Positions 51,314-62,057 of a DNA stretch of 64,000 nt are shown in pieces. The DNA is from Myxococcota bacterium. Its GTDB lineage: Bacteria; Myxococcota_A; Bradymonadia; UBA7976; UBA1532. The stretch's first letter is position 1; each line of letters starts with the position of its first letter. Made by a program: the position numbers and the translations under genes. The stretch lies in assembly GCA_036337435.1 (NCBI GenBank), contig JAYZEG010000063.1, forward strand, positions 1 through 64,000. Reading direction: 5' to 3'. The notes below the pieces were generated by a model that worked only from the letters and a program-made list of their open reading frames with translations, was not told where the DNA came from and did no database searches.

Positions 51314-52777
51314 CTATTGGGCGTTGATGAACGCCCACAGTGTCAGAACCGCGTAGCCCGTACCACCCGTTCGGATGTGGCCATCATCTTTGGAGGCAAG
51401 CACGGGACCGGCAATATCCATGTGCGCCCAGGTCGCGTCGCCTTTGAAATGTTGGAGGAATTGAGCCGCTGTAATCGCCCCGCCGTATCGGCCACCCAGA
51501 TTCGTAATGTCGGCCCGTTTACTCTTCAAATCCTCGGCGAGTTTTGGATCCAGCGGTAGGCGCCAGAGGTTTTCACCGGCTGTGTCGGCAGCGTTCAGAA
51601 GTTTGCTTGCCAATGCGTCATCGTCGCTGAATAAACCAGCATAATTTGGACCCAGTGCAACCATACAGGCACCGGTTAAAGTGGCCAAATCGATGATACA
51701 ATCAGGTTTGAGTTGGACTGCATGGTGAATGCAATCGGCCAGGACAAGTCGACCCTCCGCGTCCGTGTTCAATATTTCGACGGTTTTTCCGCTGTACATT
51801 GTAAGCACGTCGCTGGGGCGGTAGGCGTCAGCACCGGTCATGTTTTCACAAGCGCCCACGATCCCGTGGACTTTGCAATTGGGTTGAAGCTTGGCCACTA
51901 AGTTCATTGTACCCAAGACAGCCGCTGCACCGGCCATGTCGATGTACATCATCTCCATGCCAGATGCTGGCTTGATATTCAGTCCACCGCTATCGAAGGT
52001 TAGACCTTTACCGACGAGAGCGATCTCTGATTTGGCCTCGCCCGTCGGTGTGTACGTGAGATGAATGAACCTGGGTTCGCGACTGGCACCTTGACTCACA
52101 CCCACAATCCCGCCCATGCCGCGGGCTTTAATCTCGTCCCGATCGAGGACCAAGAGCTCAAATCCAGGTGCCTTGGCGATCTCTCGTGCCAAAGCTTCAA
52201 ACCGTTCTGGAGTGCAAATATTGGCTGGTTCGTTCGTGAGCGTCCGCGCGAGGTTAACGGAGTTGCCAATCTGGATGCCGGCATCGAGGTTTTCCTGTGA
52301 ACTATCGCTTCCAAGCACATCAACGTGCTCGATGACAGGTCTCGGTGCGTCCTCGGGTGTCGCCTGTAGGTCATTGAAGCGATAAGCACCCAGTTGCGAA
52401 CCGATCACAACTTGGAGTGCATGCTCGGCACGTGCGGTCGGCGAGAAGATCCCGAGTTTGGGATGCCGCCCTTTGAGTGCTTCATCAATGCCGAGTGCAG
52501 CATAATCTCGAATGATGGCTGGCGTCAGTTTGTCTTGTTGGCCCAGGCCGAGTAGAAGGACTTTTCCTGCTTTGATACCGCCGAGGGTATCGAGGGCGAC
52601 GGCTTGTCGGGCCTTGCCTTTGAAATAGAGTCTCTCTGCTGCAGCTGACAAGGCGCCGCTGAGCGCCGCATCGATCGCTTGCTCTTCTGCCGTCGGTCCT
52701 TGTTCCTCAAATCGCCCAAGAACCAATAAATCACCCTCGAAGCTGAGTGCGTCTAAACCTGATTGACTAACCTTCAT
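51314..52777 (-). CDS. pepA: Leucyl aminopeptidase (M17)
   Basis: VGKGLTFDSGG, DMAG, NTDAEGRL, ATLTGA, WAHMDIAG. Confidence 0.95.
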   Translation of the reverse strand: MKVSQSGLDALSFEGDLLVLGRFEEQGPTAEEQAIDAALSGALSAAAERLYFKGKARQAVALDTLGGIKAGKVLLLGLGQQDKLTPAIIRDYAALGIDEALKGRHPKLGIFSPTARAEHALQVVIGSQLGAYRFNDLQATPEDAPRPVIEHVDVLGSDSSQENLDAGIQIGNSVNLARTLTNEPANICTPERFEALAREIAKAPGFELLVLDRDEIKARGMGGIVGVSQGASREPRFIHLTYTPTGEAKSEIALVGKGLTFDSGGLNIKPASGMEMMYIDMAGAAAVLGTMNLVAKLQPNCKVHGIVGACENMTGADAYRPSDVLTMYSGKTVEILNTDAEGRLVLADCIHHAVQLKPDCIIDLATLTGACMVALGPNYAGLFSDDDALASKLLNAADTAGENLWRLPLDPKLAEDLKSKRADITNLGGRYGGAITAAQFLQHFKGDATWAHMDIAGPVLASKDDGHIRTGGTGYAVLTLWAFINAQ

Positions 52778-52885
52778 AATGACTCCAATTGCATCTATTG
52801 ACGGGTGGTTGTATCACCGTCATCGACCCGCCGCAATTCAGTGTATACGGTATTTGTTCTAGAGACGGAGATTTCGGTTCTTCTC

Positions 52886-54280
52886 ATGACCCAGACTTGG
52901 CTACAACTCGACGCTGTTATCGACGAACTCCATGACCATGTCGTCGGTGGTCGGATTCAAAAGATTCGCCAGCCGGATGATACAACGGTGAGCCTGACCA
53001 TACACAAGCATCGCCAAACTAAGTTTGTTCTGATTTCATGTCGTGCTGGTTTTGCGAGGGTCTCGGAGACCTTGACGCAAACGCCCACTCGGAGTCAGCC
53101 CTCAGCTCTCGTTATGTGGCTTCGCAAATACGCGAAAAATCGTCCTTTATTGGAATGCCAGTTGGACTCAGCTGATCGACTGGTGCGCTTTCACTTTCCA
53201 GACGGGGTTTTGGTTGCTGAATTGTCCAGTCGCGCCCCCAACTTAATGGCACTCGACGCCGATGGCACTCTACGCGTCTCCTTAATTCCACCGCGAACAC
53301 CGCTCCAACACGGAGTGGTCTATCAGCCCCCGGTGCCGCCTCCGTCAGAGATTCTGTCGGATATTCGAGGGTCGATTCGTTCAGCTGTGGACACAGAGAT
53401 TCACTACAAGGCGATCATCTCCGACCATGAAAATAAGCTCGACCAGGCCGAGAAAAAGCGCTTGCTAACCGGCGCGATCCGGCGCCTGGAGCGACGCCGT
53501 AAGCACATAAATGACGATCTTGGGCGGGCCGACAAGTTAGATGAGTTGAGGCGTGCAGGAGAACTTTTGAAAGGGCAACTACACCTGGTTCAGCCCGGCA
53601 TGACAGCGGTGATGGTCGATGATTGGTTTACCGATGGGGTACCCAAAGTGACTCTTTCTCTCGACCCAAGACTCGATGGACCGGGCAATGTTCAGCAGTA
53701 TTTCAAAAAGTATCGTAAGGCTCGCGACGGTGAGTCGAAGGCGCGGCATCGGCTTCAAGAAACAGACGCCACTCTCTTGGTCGTAAAGAAACTGAATGAA
53801 GCGAATCTGACACTGGATGAACTCCGACGTAGATTGCTCTCAATGGGATTGGTTCAAAAGAAGCAGAAAAAAGCCAAGACACCCCTCGAAGCAAGAAAGC
53901 CGTACCGATTATTCGTGAGTCTGCGAGGAGAGTCTATTTGGGTTGGTCGTGGCGGTACTGACAATCATCAGACAACGTTTCACCACGCACGGGGCAATGA
54001 TCATTGGCTGCACACGAGTGATGTGCCCGGTGCCCATGTGATTGTACCCTGTCCAACTCGCGGCCAGTCGCCCCATCCCGAAACCCTCAAAGATGCAGCA
54101 GCCCTGGCTGTTCATTATAGCCGTCTCAGAGGGGAGAATGGAGTTGCTGTTCTGCACACGCAGCGAAAGTACCTACGGCCGGTCAAAGGGGGACCCGCTG
54201 GTCGAGTCACGGTTTCGAGTTCAAAGACCATGATCGACGACGGAGACCAGGCTCGAATCGAACGTTTGTTCGCAAAATAG
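52886..54280 (+). CDS. rqcH: NFACT/FbpA family ribosome quality-control factor (RqcH-like)
   Basis: RIQKIRQP, DR motif (SADRLV), YFKKYRKA, NFACT-R WLHTSDVPGAHV. Confidence 0.85.
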   Translation: MTQTWLQLDAVIDELHDHVVGGRIQKIRQPDDTTVSLTIHKHRQTKFVLISCRAGFARVSETLTQTPTRSQPSALVMWLRKYAKNRPLLECQLDSADRLVRFHFPDGVLVAELSSRAPNLMALDADGTLRVSLIPPRTPLQHGVVYQPPVPPPSEILSDIRGSIRSAVDTEIHYKAIISDHENKLDQAEKKRLLTGAIRRLERRRKHINDDLGRADKLDELRRAGELLKGQLHLVQPGMTAVMVDDWFTDGVPKVTLSLDPRLDGPGNVQQYFKKYRKARDGESKARHRLQETDATLLVVKKLNEANLTLDELRRRLLSMGLVQKKQKKAKTPLEARKPYRLFVSLRGESIWVGRGGTDNHQTTFHHARGNDHWLHTSDVPGAHVIVPCPTRGQSPHPETLKDAAALAVHYSRLRGENGVAVLHTQRKYLRPVKGGPAGRVTVSSSKTMIDDGDQARIERLFAK

Positions 54281-54293
54281 AGCTCATGTTGTT

Positions 54294-54314
54294 GCCCTTG
54301 AGAGTGGGCTTTTT
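54294..54314 (+). terminator. Possible intrinsic terminator after rqcH
   Basis: GCCC-8 nt-GGGC followed by a T run; short stem. Confidence 0.35.
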
Positions 54315-54395
54315 ACGTTTGCTGAGCACGAAGCGTTAATTTTCCCCCTAAAAAATGTACAACTACATGTCGTATAGTGTAGTCTGTTACCCGTC

Positions 54396-55892
54396 ATGCA
54401 TGGGTTTCATTATTCTAAGGGGCGGCCCCAGTCCGGTCCACTCAATCAGTCTTGTCGCGCCGAAGAAAAAAAGGGTGTTGGTCGGCGATTTGTACTCTTG
54501 ATCGACGAAGATGGTTCCCGTCAGAGACTCTTGCAAGACCTGCTCTCAATGGCTGGGTTTTCTGTGCTGAGTGCTTCGACTCGGCTGGACGCCCAGTCGC
54601 AACTACAGCGTCATCCGATCGGTGTCGTTGTTGCTGACTATGAGACTGTTGACGGCGTCGGCTTTTTGCATTGGCTCTGTTCAACCCAACCTAAAATCCG
54701 GTGTGTCATCACCCATAAGACGGCTGGCATCGAGGATGCTGTTGAGGTGATGCGGCACGGTGGATTTGATTACTTTGGCGAGCCGTGCAAAATCGGGGAT
54801 TTGGTCTCGGCCGTTGAGCGGGCAAGCGATCAATATTGTCAGGACAGTCAGATCTTACCCGCCTCGGCTGTTGATTCGCTGTATGACTTGGCAGACGCTT
54901 TGCCTCGTGCGTTAAACGTGGATGCGTGTCTCGACTTAATGCTCTCAACTGGGCTCAAGCGTACCGCGTGCGATGGACTGACTCTGATCTTGCGTTCCAC
55001 GTCCAGTGGCGTGACCGATTTGCACCGTGGCAATGCACTTCGATTGTACGTGGACGATTTGACCCGTCTCGCCACTGACCATCATTTGCCCACTGCGGTG
55101 CATGGCCACCGCGTCTTTGACTTTGTCCACTTGACATCGAGGACAGAAATCATCAACTCGCTGATCTTCATTCCAATTCTGTCTCGGAATGAAAATTTGG
55201 GCTGGCTGATCGGGACATGTCTCTTCAACAATCAAGCGGATGCGTCCGATGAAACTCTGTTGACGATCATTGGTGATCGAATTGGGTCTGCGATCTTGGC
55301 AGGTCAGCAGGAAACAGCCCTTCAAGTGACCTTCCAGCAAACCGTTGACGTCTTACTGGCGACGCTAAACGAAAAAGACCAATACACGGCCGGGCACAGT
55401 GAGCGTGTCGCTGACCTTGCGAAATTGATCGCAAAGGGGATGGACTGTGATGAGCACGTTCAAGAACTCGTCTTTCAAGGAGCGCGCTTGCACGACATCG
55501 GCAAGCTCGCCATCGATAATGCCGAACTCAACAAAGCAGGGCCCTTGACTGATGCTGAGTACGAACGGATGAAAACCCACACTCTTACGGGTGCGGAGTT
55601 ACTCAAATCCATCCCTTGTTTTCAGGCTTTGATTCCGGCGGTGATTGGTCATCACGAGCGCCTCGATGGCACCGGATATCCTTTTGGCTTGAAAGGTGAT
55701 GAGATCCCCTTACTCGCCAGAATCGTCGCTGTCGCTGATGCCTACGACGCCATGACGAGTGACCGAACCTATCGCAGAGCGATGGCGCCTATGGATGCGA
55801 TTTTGGAGTTAGATCGCTGCCGAAATCGGCACTATGATGGCCGCTGCATCGATGCCCTGAAACAGGCTTTTTCAACGGGCGGGATTTTATAA
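54396..55892 (+). CDS. Response regulator REC, GAF-like, HD-GYP cyclic dinucleotide phosphodiesterase
   Basis: REC VLLIDED...VVADY; YTAGHSERV, LHDIGK, HHERLDGTGYP, VADAYDAMTSDR. Confidence 0.9.
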   Translation: MHGFHYSKGRPQSGPLNQSCRAEEKKGVGRRFVLLIDEDGSRQRLLQDLLSMAGFSVLSASTRLDAQSQLQRHPIGVVVADYETVDGVGFLHWLCSTQPKIRCVITHKTAGIEDAVEVMRHGGFDYFGEPCKIGDLVSAVERASDQYCQDSQILPASAVDSLYDLADALPRALNVDACLDLMLSTGLKRTACDGLTLILRSTSSGVTDLHRGNALRLYVDDLTRLATDHHLPTAVHGHRVFDFVHLTSRTEIINSLIFIPILSRNENLGWLIGTCLFNNQADASDETLLTIIGDRIGSAILAGQQETALQVTFQQTVDVLLATLNEKDQYTAGHSERVADLAKLIAKGMDCDEHVQELVFQGARLHDIGKLAIDNAELNKAGPLTDAEYERMKTHTLTGAELLKSIPCFQALIPAVIGHHERLDGTGYPFGLKGDEIPLLARIVAVADAYDAMTSDRTYRRAMAPMDAILELDRCRNRHYDGRCIDALKQAFSTGGIL

Positions 55893-55914
55893 TCCGTATG
55901 CGCTCAATGGCGCG

Positions 55915-55943
55915 TTGATTTCTCTATCATTTCAGGGTAAAAC
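55915..55943 (+). promoter_or_regulatory. Possible sigma70 promoter of gyrA
   Basis: TTGATT, 17-nt spacer, TAAAAC, about 70 nt before the start; AT-rich context. Confidence 0.35.
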
Positions 55944-56015
55944 CACGCTTTCCGTCTGGGGCTAATCTGGGCCTCCACGACGGTCAGTACTCTTGAAATT
56001 GAGGACCCTGTCGTC

Positions 56016-58586
56016 ATGACTGAAACGACCAAGTCGTACTTACCCGTCAACATCGAAGATGAGATGCGCGTCTCGTATCTTGATTACGCAATGTCCGTGA
56101 TTATCGGACGTGCTCTGCCAGATGTCCGAGATGGTTTGAAGCCGGTTCATCGGCGTGTTCTCTACACGATGAATGACCTGAAGAATAACTGGAACAGCTC
56201 CTACAAGAAATCCGCCAGAATTGTTGGTGATTGTATTGGTAAGTACCATCCCCACGGCGACCAAGCGGTCTACGATACTTTGGTCCGCTTGGCCCAGGAT
56301 TTTTCCATGCGCTATCCATTGGTTGATGGGCAAGGTAATTTTGGCAGTGTGGATGGCGATCCAGCGGCTGCGATGCGTTACACGGAAGTCCGTATGCAGC
56401 GCATCGCACATGAGATGCTACAAGACTTTGACAAAGACACAGTGGAATTCGGTGCTAACTACGATGAGACCACGAAGGAACCGCTGGTCTTACCCGCCCG
56501 GATTCCAAACTTACTGGTCAACGGCAGTTCGGGTATCGCGGTCGGTATGGCGACCAATATTCCCCCACATAACCTGACAGAAGTCGTGAACGCCGCCATC
56601 GCAGTCATGCGCAATCCGGACATTACTCTATCGGAATTGATGGACATTGTCCCGGCACCCGACTTTCCGACGGGTGGTACCATCTATGGCACGGCGGGCA
56701 TTCTTGACGCATACCGAACCGGGCGTGGCGTGATCCGGATTCGCGCGGTTTGTGACATCGAGGAGATGACCACAGACCGTGAGCGAATCGTCGTCAACGA
56801 ATTGCCGTATCAAGTCAACAAAGCCAAGTTGCTCGAAAAAATCGCCGAGTTGGTACGTGACAAACGCATCGAAGGGATCAGTGATCTGCGCGATGAAAGT
56901 GACCGGCGCGGGATGCGTGTCGTCATCGAACTAAAGCGAGATGCACAGGCCCAAATCGTACTTAACCAATTGTACAAACTGACCAATTTGCAAGTCAGCT
57001 TTGGCATCAATTTATTGGCGATTGTACACGGTGAACCTCGGCTCCTGAGTCTGCATGAAATCTTGAGCCACTTCGTTGAACATCGCCGCGACGTTACGCT
57101 GCGACGTTGTCGCTACGAACTTCGAAAAGCTGAGGCGCGGGCGCACATCCTCGAAGGGTTCAAAATCGCGCTGGACTACATCGATGAGGTGATCAAGATC
57201 ATCCGTGGAAGCCAGACGACCGAGGAAGCCCGTCAAGGGTTGATGTCGCGGTTCTCACTGAGTGAACGCCAAGCATCTGCCATTCTTGAAATGCGGCTCA
57301 GACGTCTTACAGGGATGGAGCGCGATGAAATTATTGCGGAATTAGAAGCAGTTCGGGCTGAGATCGCGCGGTTGCGTGCCATTCTCGATGACGAAGGTCT
57401 CCTGTTGGAAGTCATTGAGGGCGAGTTGGTCGAGGTTCGAGATCAATATGGTGACGAGCGACGCACGACTTATGTCGCCGCCAGCAGTGACTTCGATCTG
57501 GAAGATCTCATTCCAGTTGAAGACATGGTGGTCACTGTATCCCACGCAGGGTACGTCAAGCGTGTTGCGCTCACCGAGTACCGCACACAGCACCGAGGCG
57601 GCCGCGGCAAGAGCGGGATGACCACGAAAGACAAAGATTTCGTCGAGCATTTGTTTGTTGCTTCCACACACAGCACGATGCTGTTCTTCACCGACCGAGG
57701 CCGGGTCTTTAGCCGAAAGGTGTTCCACTTGCCTCAGGGCAGTCGATTGGCACGGGGCAAGCCCATCATTAACGTCTTGCCCTTCGATGCGGATGAAAAA
57801 CTCGCCATGGTTTTGGCGGTCGATGAGTTTACAGAAGGTCACTTCCTTTTCTTCGCAACGGCCATGGGTCGGGTTAAGAAGACCAACTTAATGGCTTATT
57901 CAAATATTCGTTCAACGGGGATCATCGCCATCAAACTCAATGACGGAGATCAGTTGATCGCAGTCAGACCGACTACGGGGGAGAGTGATATCTTGCTTTC
58001 CACATCCAATGGCATGGCGATTCGATTTCGCGAGGATAATGTGCGGTCCATGGGTCGTGACACGGCTGGCGTTCGGGGCATCGACCTCCAGGGCGATGAC
58101 AATGTGGTCGGGTGTGTCACGTTCGATCGCGAAGAGACCGATGGAACTCAAGTCACATTACTGACCGTCACTGAGAACGGCTATGGCAAGCAAACGACTT
58201 TGGACGGATACCTCCGTGGGGGCAACACGCAGAGTCGGGGTGGCAAGGGCTTAATCGATATTCAGACCGATGCACGTAACGGTAAAGTCGTTGGCGTCAT
58301 CAAAGTCGAGGAAGAAACTGATCAATATCTCTTGGTCACCAACTCAGGTGTCATCATTCGTGCGAACGCGGGAACGGTTTCTCTCGTCAATCGCAATACG
58401 AAGGGTGTACGTCTCATCAACTTGGACAAGAATACCCAGGTTGTGAGCCTGGCGCGTTATGCGGCTGGTGAAGAAGAGGAGGATGAGGGTAGCGATGCCG
58501 ACGGTGTCGTTGATGCAGATGGCGAGACTGGCCCAGGTGCTATCGCGGCTGATGTGGATGGCAGTGACGGCCAAGGCGAAGACTAA
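56016..58586 (+). CDS. gyrA: DNA gyrase subunit A
   Basis: [34 protein letters not shown], GyrA-box QHRGGRG, acidic tail. Confidence 0.98.
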   Translation: MTETTKSYLPVNIEDEMRVSYLDYAMSVIIGRALPDVRDGLKPVHRRVLYTMNDLKNNWNSSYKKSARIVGDCIGKYHPHGDQAVYDTLVRLAQDFSMRYPLVDGQGNFGSVDGDPAAAMRYTEVRMQRIAHEMLQDFDKDTVEFGANYDETTKEPLVLPARIPNLLVNGSSGIAVGMATNIPPHNLTEVVNAAIAVMRNPDITLSELMDIVPAPDFPTGGTIYGTAGILDAYRTGRGVIRIRAVCDIEEMTTDRERIVVNELPYQVNKAKLLEKIAELVRDKRIEGISDLRDESDRRGMRVVIELKRDAQAQIVLNQLYKLTNLQVSFGINLLAIVHGEPRLLSLHEILSHFVEHRRDVTLRRCRYELRKAEARAHILEGFKIALDYIDEVIKIIRGSQTTEEARQGLMSRFSLSERQASAILEMRLRRLTGMERDEIIAELEAVRAEIARLRAILDDEGLLLEVIEGELVEVRDQYGDERRTTYVAASSDFDLEDLIPVEDMVVTVSHAGYVKRVALTEYRTQHRGGRGKSGMTTKDKDFVEHLFVASTHSTMLFFTDRGRVFSRKVFHLPQGSRLARGKPIINVLPFDADEKLAMVLAVDEFTEGHFLFFATAMGRVKKTNLMAYSNIRSTGIIAIKLNDGDQLIAVRPTTGESDILLSTSNGMAIRFREDNVRSMGRDTAGVRGIDLQGDDNVVGCVTFDREETDGTQVTLLTVTENGYGKQTTLDGYLRGGNTQSRGGKGLIDIQTDARNGKVVGVIKVEEETDQYLLVTNSGVIIRANAGTVSLVNRNTKGVRLINLDKNTQVVSLARYAAGEEEEDEGSDADGVVDADGETGPGAIAADVDGSDGQGED

Positions 58587-58637
58587 ACAAGCAGGTCTGA
58601 AGCAGCCCGACGCTCGAACCCAAACGAAGGAGTTCCC

Positions 58638-59924
58638 ATGACCCGTACGACCGAGCGAAGCGATGCACTCTTGGCGGCAGCCGAGACCTTGATGCCTGGC
58701 GGCGTGAATAGCCCGGTGCGGGCATTTCGATCCGTCGGTGGAAACCCCCCGTTCATTGCGTCTGCTGAAGGGGCTTACATCACCGATGCCGATGGCAATC
58801 GATACGTTGATTACTGCGGCACGTGGGGGCCCGCAATACTCGGGCATGCTCACCATGAAGTGGTCGACGCCGTTTGTGATGCAGCGCAGCGCGGCATGAG
58901 CTTCGGCGCCCCGTCTGAAGCCGAAGTCGACATGGCGCGCGCCGTGCAAAAACTTTATCCGAGTATTGAGATGATGCGCATGGTTTCCAGTGGCACCGAA
59001 GCCTGCATGTCGGCCATCCGGCTCGCCCGTGGTTTTACCGGTCGTGACGGTATCGTCAAGTTCGAGGGATGTTACCACGGTCATGCGGACAGTTTACTTG
59101 TGAAGGCTGGCAGCGGTGGGGCAACCTTCGGGGTGCCGGACAGTGCCGGTGTGCCGGCTGACCTGGCTCGGCACACGCACACTGTCGTCTTTAACGACGT
59201 GGATGCATTACGTACACTGCTCGATGATAAAGGCACAGACATTGCCTGCGTCATTCTAGAGGCTGTGACGGGGAATATGGGCGTGATTCGGCCTTCTAAT
59301 GACTTCCTCCAATTCTTAGCCACGGTTTCAGAGAAATACGGCACCCTCGTCATCTTTGACGAGGTCATGACCGGTTTTCGTGTTGCCGTAGGCGGTGCAC
59401 AGCAGCTGCTTGATTTTAAGCCGGACCTCACGTGTTTAGGCAAAGTGGTCGGTGGGGGCCTACCCGTTGGCGTTTATGGCGGACGGGCCGATGTCATGGC
59501 CTCTATCTCCCCTCTTGGGCCCGTCTATCAGGCTGGGACTCTGAGTGGAAACCCATTGGCAACGGCCGCCGGGCTGAAGACCCTCGACATTCTCAGTAGA
59601 CCGGGGGTGTTCAACCGGGCTGAGCGGGCAGCCACTCAGCTTGCTGATGGCCTGCGGGTTCTGATCGATGAGCTGGGTATAGACGCTGTGGTCGAGCAAG
59701 TAGGCACCATGATGACCTTGTTTTTCGCCGCCGAAATGCCACAAAATTTCAACGATGTGGCCCGCTGTGATCATGAAAAGTTCGGGCGTTTTCATCGGGC
59801 CATGCTCGACGGTGGAATTTACTTGCCACCCAGTGGCTATGAAGCGTGGTTCATCTCTGCCGCCCATACGGACGCGGAAGTTCAGGCAACCCTAAATATC
59901 GCTCGCTCAGCGCTTCTGTCGTGA
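58638..59924 (+). CDS. hemL: Glutamate-1-semialdehyde 2,1-aminomutase
   Basis: MPGGVNSPVRAF, SSGTEACMSAIRLARG, GCYHGHAD, FDEVMTGFR, GKVVGGGLP, YQAGTLSGNP. Confidence 0.97.
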   Translation: MTRTTERSDALLAAAETLMPGGVNSPVRAFRSVGGNPPFIASAEGAYITDADGNRYVDYCGTWGPAILGHAHHEVVDAVCDAAQRGMSFGAPSEAEVDMARAVQKLYPSIEMMRMVSSGTEACMSAIRLARGFTGRDGIVKFEGCYHGHADSLLVKAGSGGATFGVPDSAGVPADLARHTHTVVFNDVDALRTLLDDKGTDIACVILEAVTGNMGVIRPSNDFLQFLATVSEKYGTLVIFDEVMTGFRVAVGGAQQLLDFKPDLTCLGKVVGGGLPVGVYGGRADVMASISPLGPVYQAGTLSGNPLATAAGLKTLDILSRPGVFNRAERAATQLADGLRVLIDELGIDAVVEQVGTMMTLFFAAEMPQNFNDVARCDHEKFGRFHRAMLDGGIYLPPSGYEAWFISAAHTDAEVQATLNIARSALLS

Positions 59925-60199
59925 GCGAAAACCCACTGGAGCGAAAGGCGCGTGACGTCTATCGGTCCAGCCGCTACGCCAGTATCGGGCTTGAATTAGG
60001 CGTATCTGTGGTCATCGGATTGCTCCTTGGTCGGTGGGTTGAACAACAGTGGGATGTAGCCCCCTGGGGTGTTCTACTTGGAATCAGTTTGGGCTTCGCG
60101 GCGGCAATCCGGTCGATATCGCGCACATTGGCATCACTCGCCAAAGAAAATGACGTGAAAAATAAGCCCGGCGTCAAGAACCAAAACGGCGACGGATAG
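59921..60199 (+). CDS. atpZ: AtpZ/AtpI-family (ATPase gene 1) protein
   Basis: GTG overlapping the hemL stop; SIGLELGVSVVIGLLLGRWVEQQWDVAPW. Confidence 0.82.
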   Translation: MSENPLERKARDVYRSSRYASIGLELGVSVVIGLLLGRWVEQQWDVAPWGVLLGISLGFAAAIRSISRTLASLAKENDVKNKPGVKNQNGDG

Positions 60200-60203
60200 A
60201 TGG

Positions 60204-60584
60204 ATGCGAGAAATATATAAGCGTTCGTTTTTATTGGGCTTTGCATTGATTCTGGGCAGCCTCTATTTTAGGTCTTGGTCCATTAGTTTAGGCGTCTCTG
60301 CCGGGATTATTTTAGCCATCGTCAATTTGTGGTTGATCCAACGCGCCGTCGGTGGCTTACTCGCCGGCGAACGCGCGTCGATTGGGTGGTTGTACGTCTT
60401 TAAGTTGACCGTCCTGCTCGCGCTTTTGTTTGTGCTGATTGGCGTCCTCGGATTGAACGCAATTGCACTGGTGACCGGCTTTAGCGTTTTGTTCCTTGTC
60501 ATCTCGACGGGAGGCGCCAAGGCCATCGGACAAGACGAGCAAGACACCGCCGAAGGTGTCGAGGTGGAGTCAGAACATGGCTGA
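60204..60584 (+). CDS. atpI: ATP synthase protein I
   Basis: Four TM helices, GIILAIVNLW; directly upstream of atpB. Confidence 0.8.
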   Translation: MREIYKRSFLLGFALILGSLYFRSWSISLGVSAGIILAIVNLWLIQRAVGGLLAGERASIGWLYVFKLTVLLALLFVLIGVLGLNAIALVTGFSVLFLVISTGGAKAIGQDEQDTAEGVEVESEHG

Positions 60585-61371
60585 TGGACAGCAGATCATA
60601 CCCGGAGAACACGGGCAGACATGGATGAGTTTTCCCTTCGGCGATTTAGAGAAAAAACTCGCTGACGGCGTCGGAGATTCGTTTCTCTTTGGCCAGAGGG
60701 TGACCGACGTACATCACGTCTCAGTCGGTTTCGTCGTCTTCGTACTCCTCATCCTCGCTGCCTTCAGATTTAGCAGCGCACTCAAAAAGGATAGTACAGG
60801 CGGTGTCATTCCCGAAGCGCGGTTCAATCTTCGCTCGGTTTTTGAGACCATCCTTGACTATGTGCTAAGCGTGATGACAGGGATTATGGGCGAGAAAGCC
60901 GCTCGGCATTTCCTTCCCTTCATCGGGACGTTCGCATTCTTTATTCTCACGTGTAATCTAATCGGTTTGGTCCCGGGTTTTCTCCCACCGACGGACTCAT
61001 TCAATACCACGGTGCCCTGTGCGGTCCTCGTCTTTTTGGCGACACACATCTATGGCCTCAAAGAAAATGGAATGGAGCACATTAAGCATCTCATGGGCCC
61101 GGTCTGGTGGCTCGCTCCACTGATTTTTGTCATCGAATTTATTGGTCATCTGGCACGCCCAGTGAGCCTGTCGTTACGCTTGGCTGGAAATATGATCGGT
61201 GATCATAAGGCGGTCAGTATTTTTCTCATGTTGGTCCCCCTCGGCGTGCCGATTGCTTTACTCGGGCTCGGTTTCATTGTCTGCGTGGTGCAGACCTTGG
61301 TTTTCTGCCTTTTGAGTGTGGTCTACATCGGGATGGCCATTGAGCACCACGATCACGCGGAGGCGCACTGA
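60577..61371 (+). CDS. atpB: F0 ATP synthase subunit a
   Basis: NLIGLVPG.PPT, RPVSLSLRLAGNM..DH, VQTLVF..L..VY. Confidence 0.95.
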   Translation: MADGQQIIPGEHGQTWMSFPFGDLEKKLADGVGDSFLFGQRVTDVHHVSVGFVVFVLLILAAFRFSSALKKDSTGGVIPEARFNLRSVFETILDYVLSVMTGIMGEKAARHFLPFIGTFAFFILTCNLIGLVPGFLPPTDSFNTTVPCAVLVFLATHIYGLKENGMEHIKHLMGPVWWLAPLIFVIEFIGHLARPVSLSLRLAGNMIGDHKAVSIFLMLVPLGVPIALLGLGFIVCVVQTLVFCLLSVVYIGMAIEHHDHAEAH

Positions 61372-61615
61372 GGCGCCGGTAAAAGATTTTCCCGGCATGG
61401 GCGCAGCTCATGCCAGCTCAGCGATTCATCGTCTGATATATCCATCATAGTCTACCTGGGTACGGTGTTGGTAGAGAGAGAGAGGCAAGGGTCGGCTCGT
61501 GAATGGATATCGATGATAATGGAGTGCTGTGGCATTAAAAACGCCGTTTGACGGCACAAACCGGGTGGCTGGCTGTAAACGCTGTACCCGCCCAATCGAT
61601 TAGGAGACATGACAC

Positions 61616-61975
61616 ATGAAGGTCGTATCTGCTCTTACATTCTTGTTCGTAACATTCATCGCATTGCCTGCTTTCGCAGGTGACGCATCAACTGCAAGTG
61701 CCGCCGGTGACTACTTAGGCTACCTTTGCATCGGTGCCGGCCTTGCAATCGGTATTGCCGCTGCTGGTGGCGGTATGGGTCAGGGTCGCGCTGCTGCTGC
61801 TGCACTCGAAGGCATTGCACGTAATCCTGGTGCTGCAGGGAAACTCAACGGTCCAATGATTCTCGGCCTTGCTCTGATCGAATCTTTGGTCATCTATGCC
61901 TTCGTTATCGCAATCCTTCTCGTTTTGAAGGTGCCAGAGGTTGGTGACTTTGTTGCTGCGGTTGCAGGCAAGTAA
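61616..61975 (+). CDS. atpE: F0 ATP synthase subunit c with N-terminal signal peptide
   Basis: [20 protein letters not shown]; signal peptide ending AFA; SD AGGAGA. Confidence 0.95.
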   Translation: MKVVSALTFLFVTFIALPAFAGDASTASAAGDYLGYLCIGAGLAIGIAAAGGGMGQGRAAAAALEGIARNPGAAGKLNGPMILGLALIESLVIYAFVIAILLVLKVPEVGDFVAAVAGK

Positions 61976-61996
61976 GCTACGCGTCCTCGGACGATG

Positions 61997-62023
61997 AAAA
62001 GGGCCGCGTTTGCGGCCCTTTTT
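61997..62023 (+). terminator. Rho-independent (potentially bidirectional) terminator after atpE
   Basis: AAAA-GGGCCGC-GTTT-GCGGCCC-TTTTT. Confidence 0.88.
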
Positions 62024-62057
62024 GCTTTTTGGGCCAACTCAGGCCAACTTGGTATTC

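Noticed and set aside
58200..58260. Second GyrA-box-like QSRGGKG
   Set aside because: Degenerate box copies in other pinwheel blades are normal for GyrA
58344..59084. 246-aa antisense ORF over gyrA/hemL
   Set aside because: Shadow frame of conserved genes; no independent motif
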